A stretch of DNA of 64,000 nucleotides from positions 62,001 through 126,000 of the forward strand of contig NIVC01002414.1 in the NCBI GenBank assembly GCA_002269645.1, given 5' to 3'. Below the pieces are notes generated by a model that saw only the letters and a program-made list of their open reading frames with translations, did not search any database and was not told where the DNA came from. The position numbers and the translations under genes are program-made. This stretch comes from Macrostomum lignano. Its lineage: Eukaryota. Positions 63,913 to 64,000 of the stretch are shown here, in pieces; position 1 is the stretch's first letter, and every line of letters begins with the position of its first letter.

Positions 63913-64000
63913 ATTGATAGCAGACTTGCAGCTGATAGTCGACAGATAAATAAGCAGTGGATAATAAGCAAAAGGGAATAATATACAATGGGGATATTTA

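Overview
Eukaryotic (animal) genomic DNA with spliceosomal introns. By my rough tally nearly half the window is tandem repeat (about 35 micro- and minisatellites, the largest a 6-kb array of a 34-bp unit). The repeat load, GC-rich Q/A-rich exons and B-type muscarinic receptor fit a flatworm such as Macrostomum (inference only). Genes I can build: proteasome beta1 (PSMB6, 2 exons, +); a type I membrane protein with Ig-like and Cys-rich ephrin-receptor-like parts, possibly ZPBP/Sp38-like (5 exons, +, one GC-AG intron, two apparent homopolymer frameshifts); a StAR/STARD3-type START protein (4 exons, +); a polyQ/H protein with a beta-rich uncharacterised domain (4 exons, +); an intronless B-type muscarinic acetylcholine receptor (-); and an unidentified ORF near the right end (-). 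Two non-autonomous TIR elements have exact 8-bp target-site duplications (361-531, 61414-62012). About 28 kb (34-62 kb) has no recognisable gene. Most long ORFs in the supplied track are translations of tandem repeats. I found no clear novel multi-gene system; the best leads are listed as findings. Repeat boundaries and copy numbers are approximate, and family assignments come from recalled motifs, not searches.
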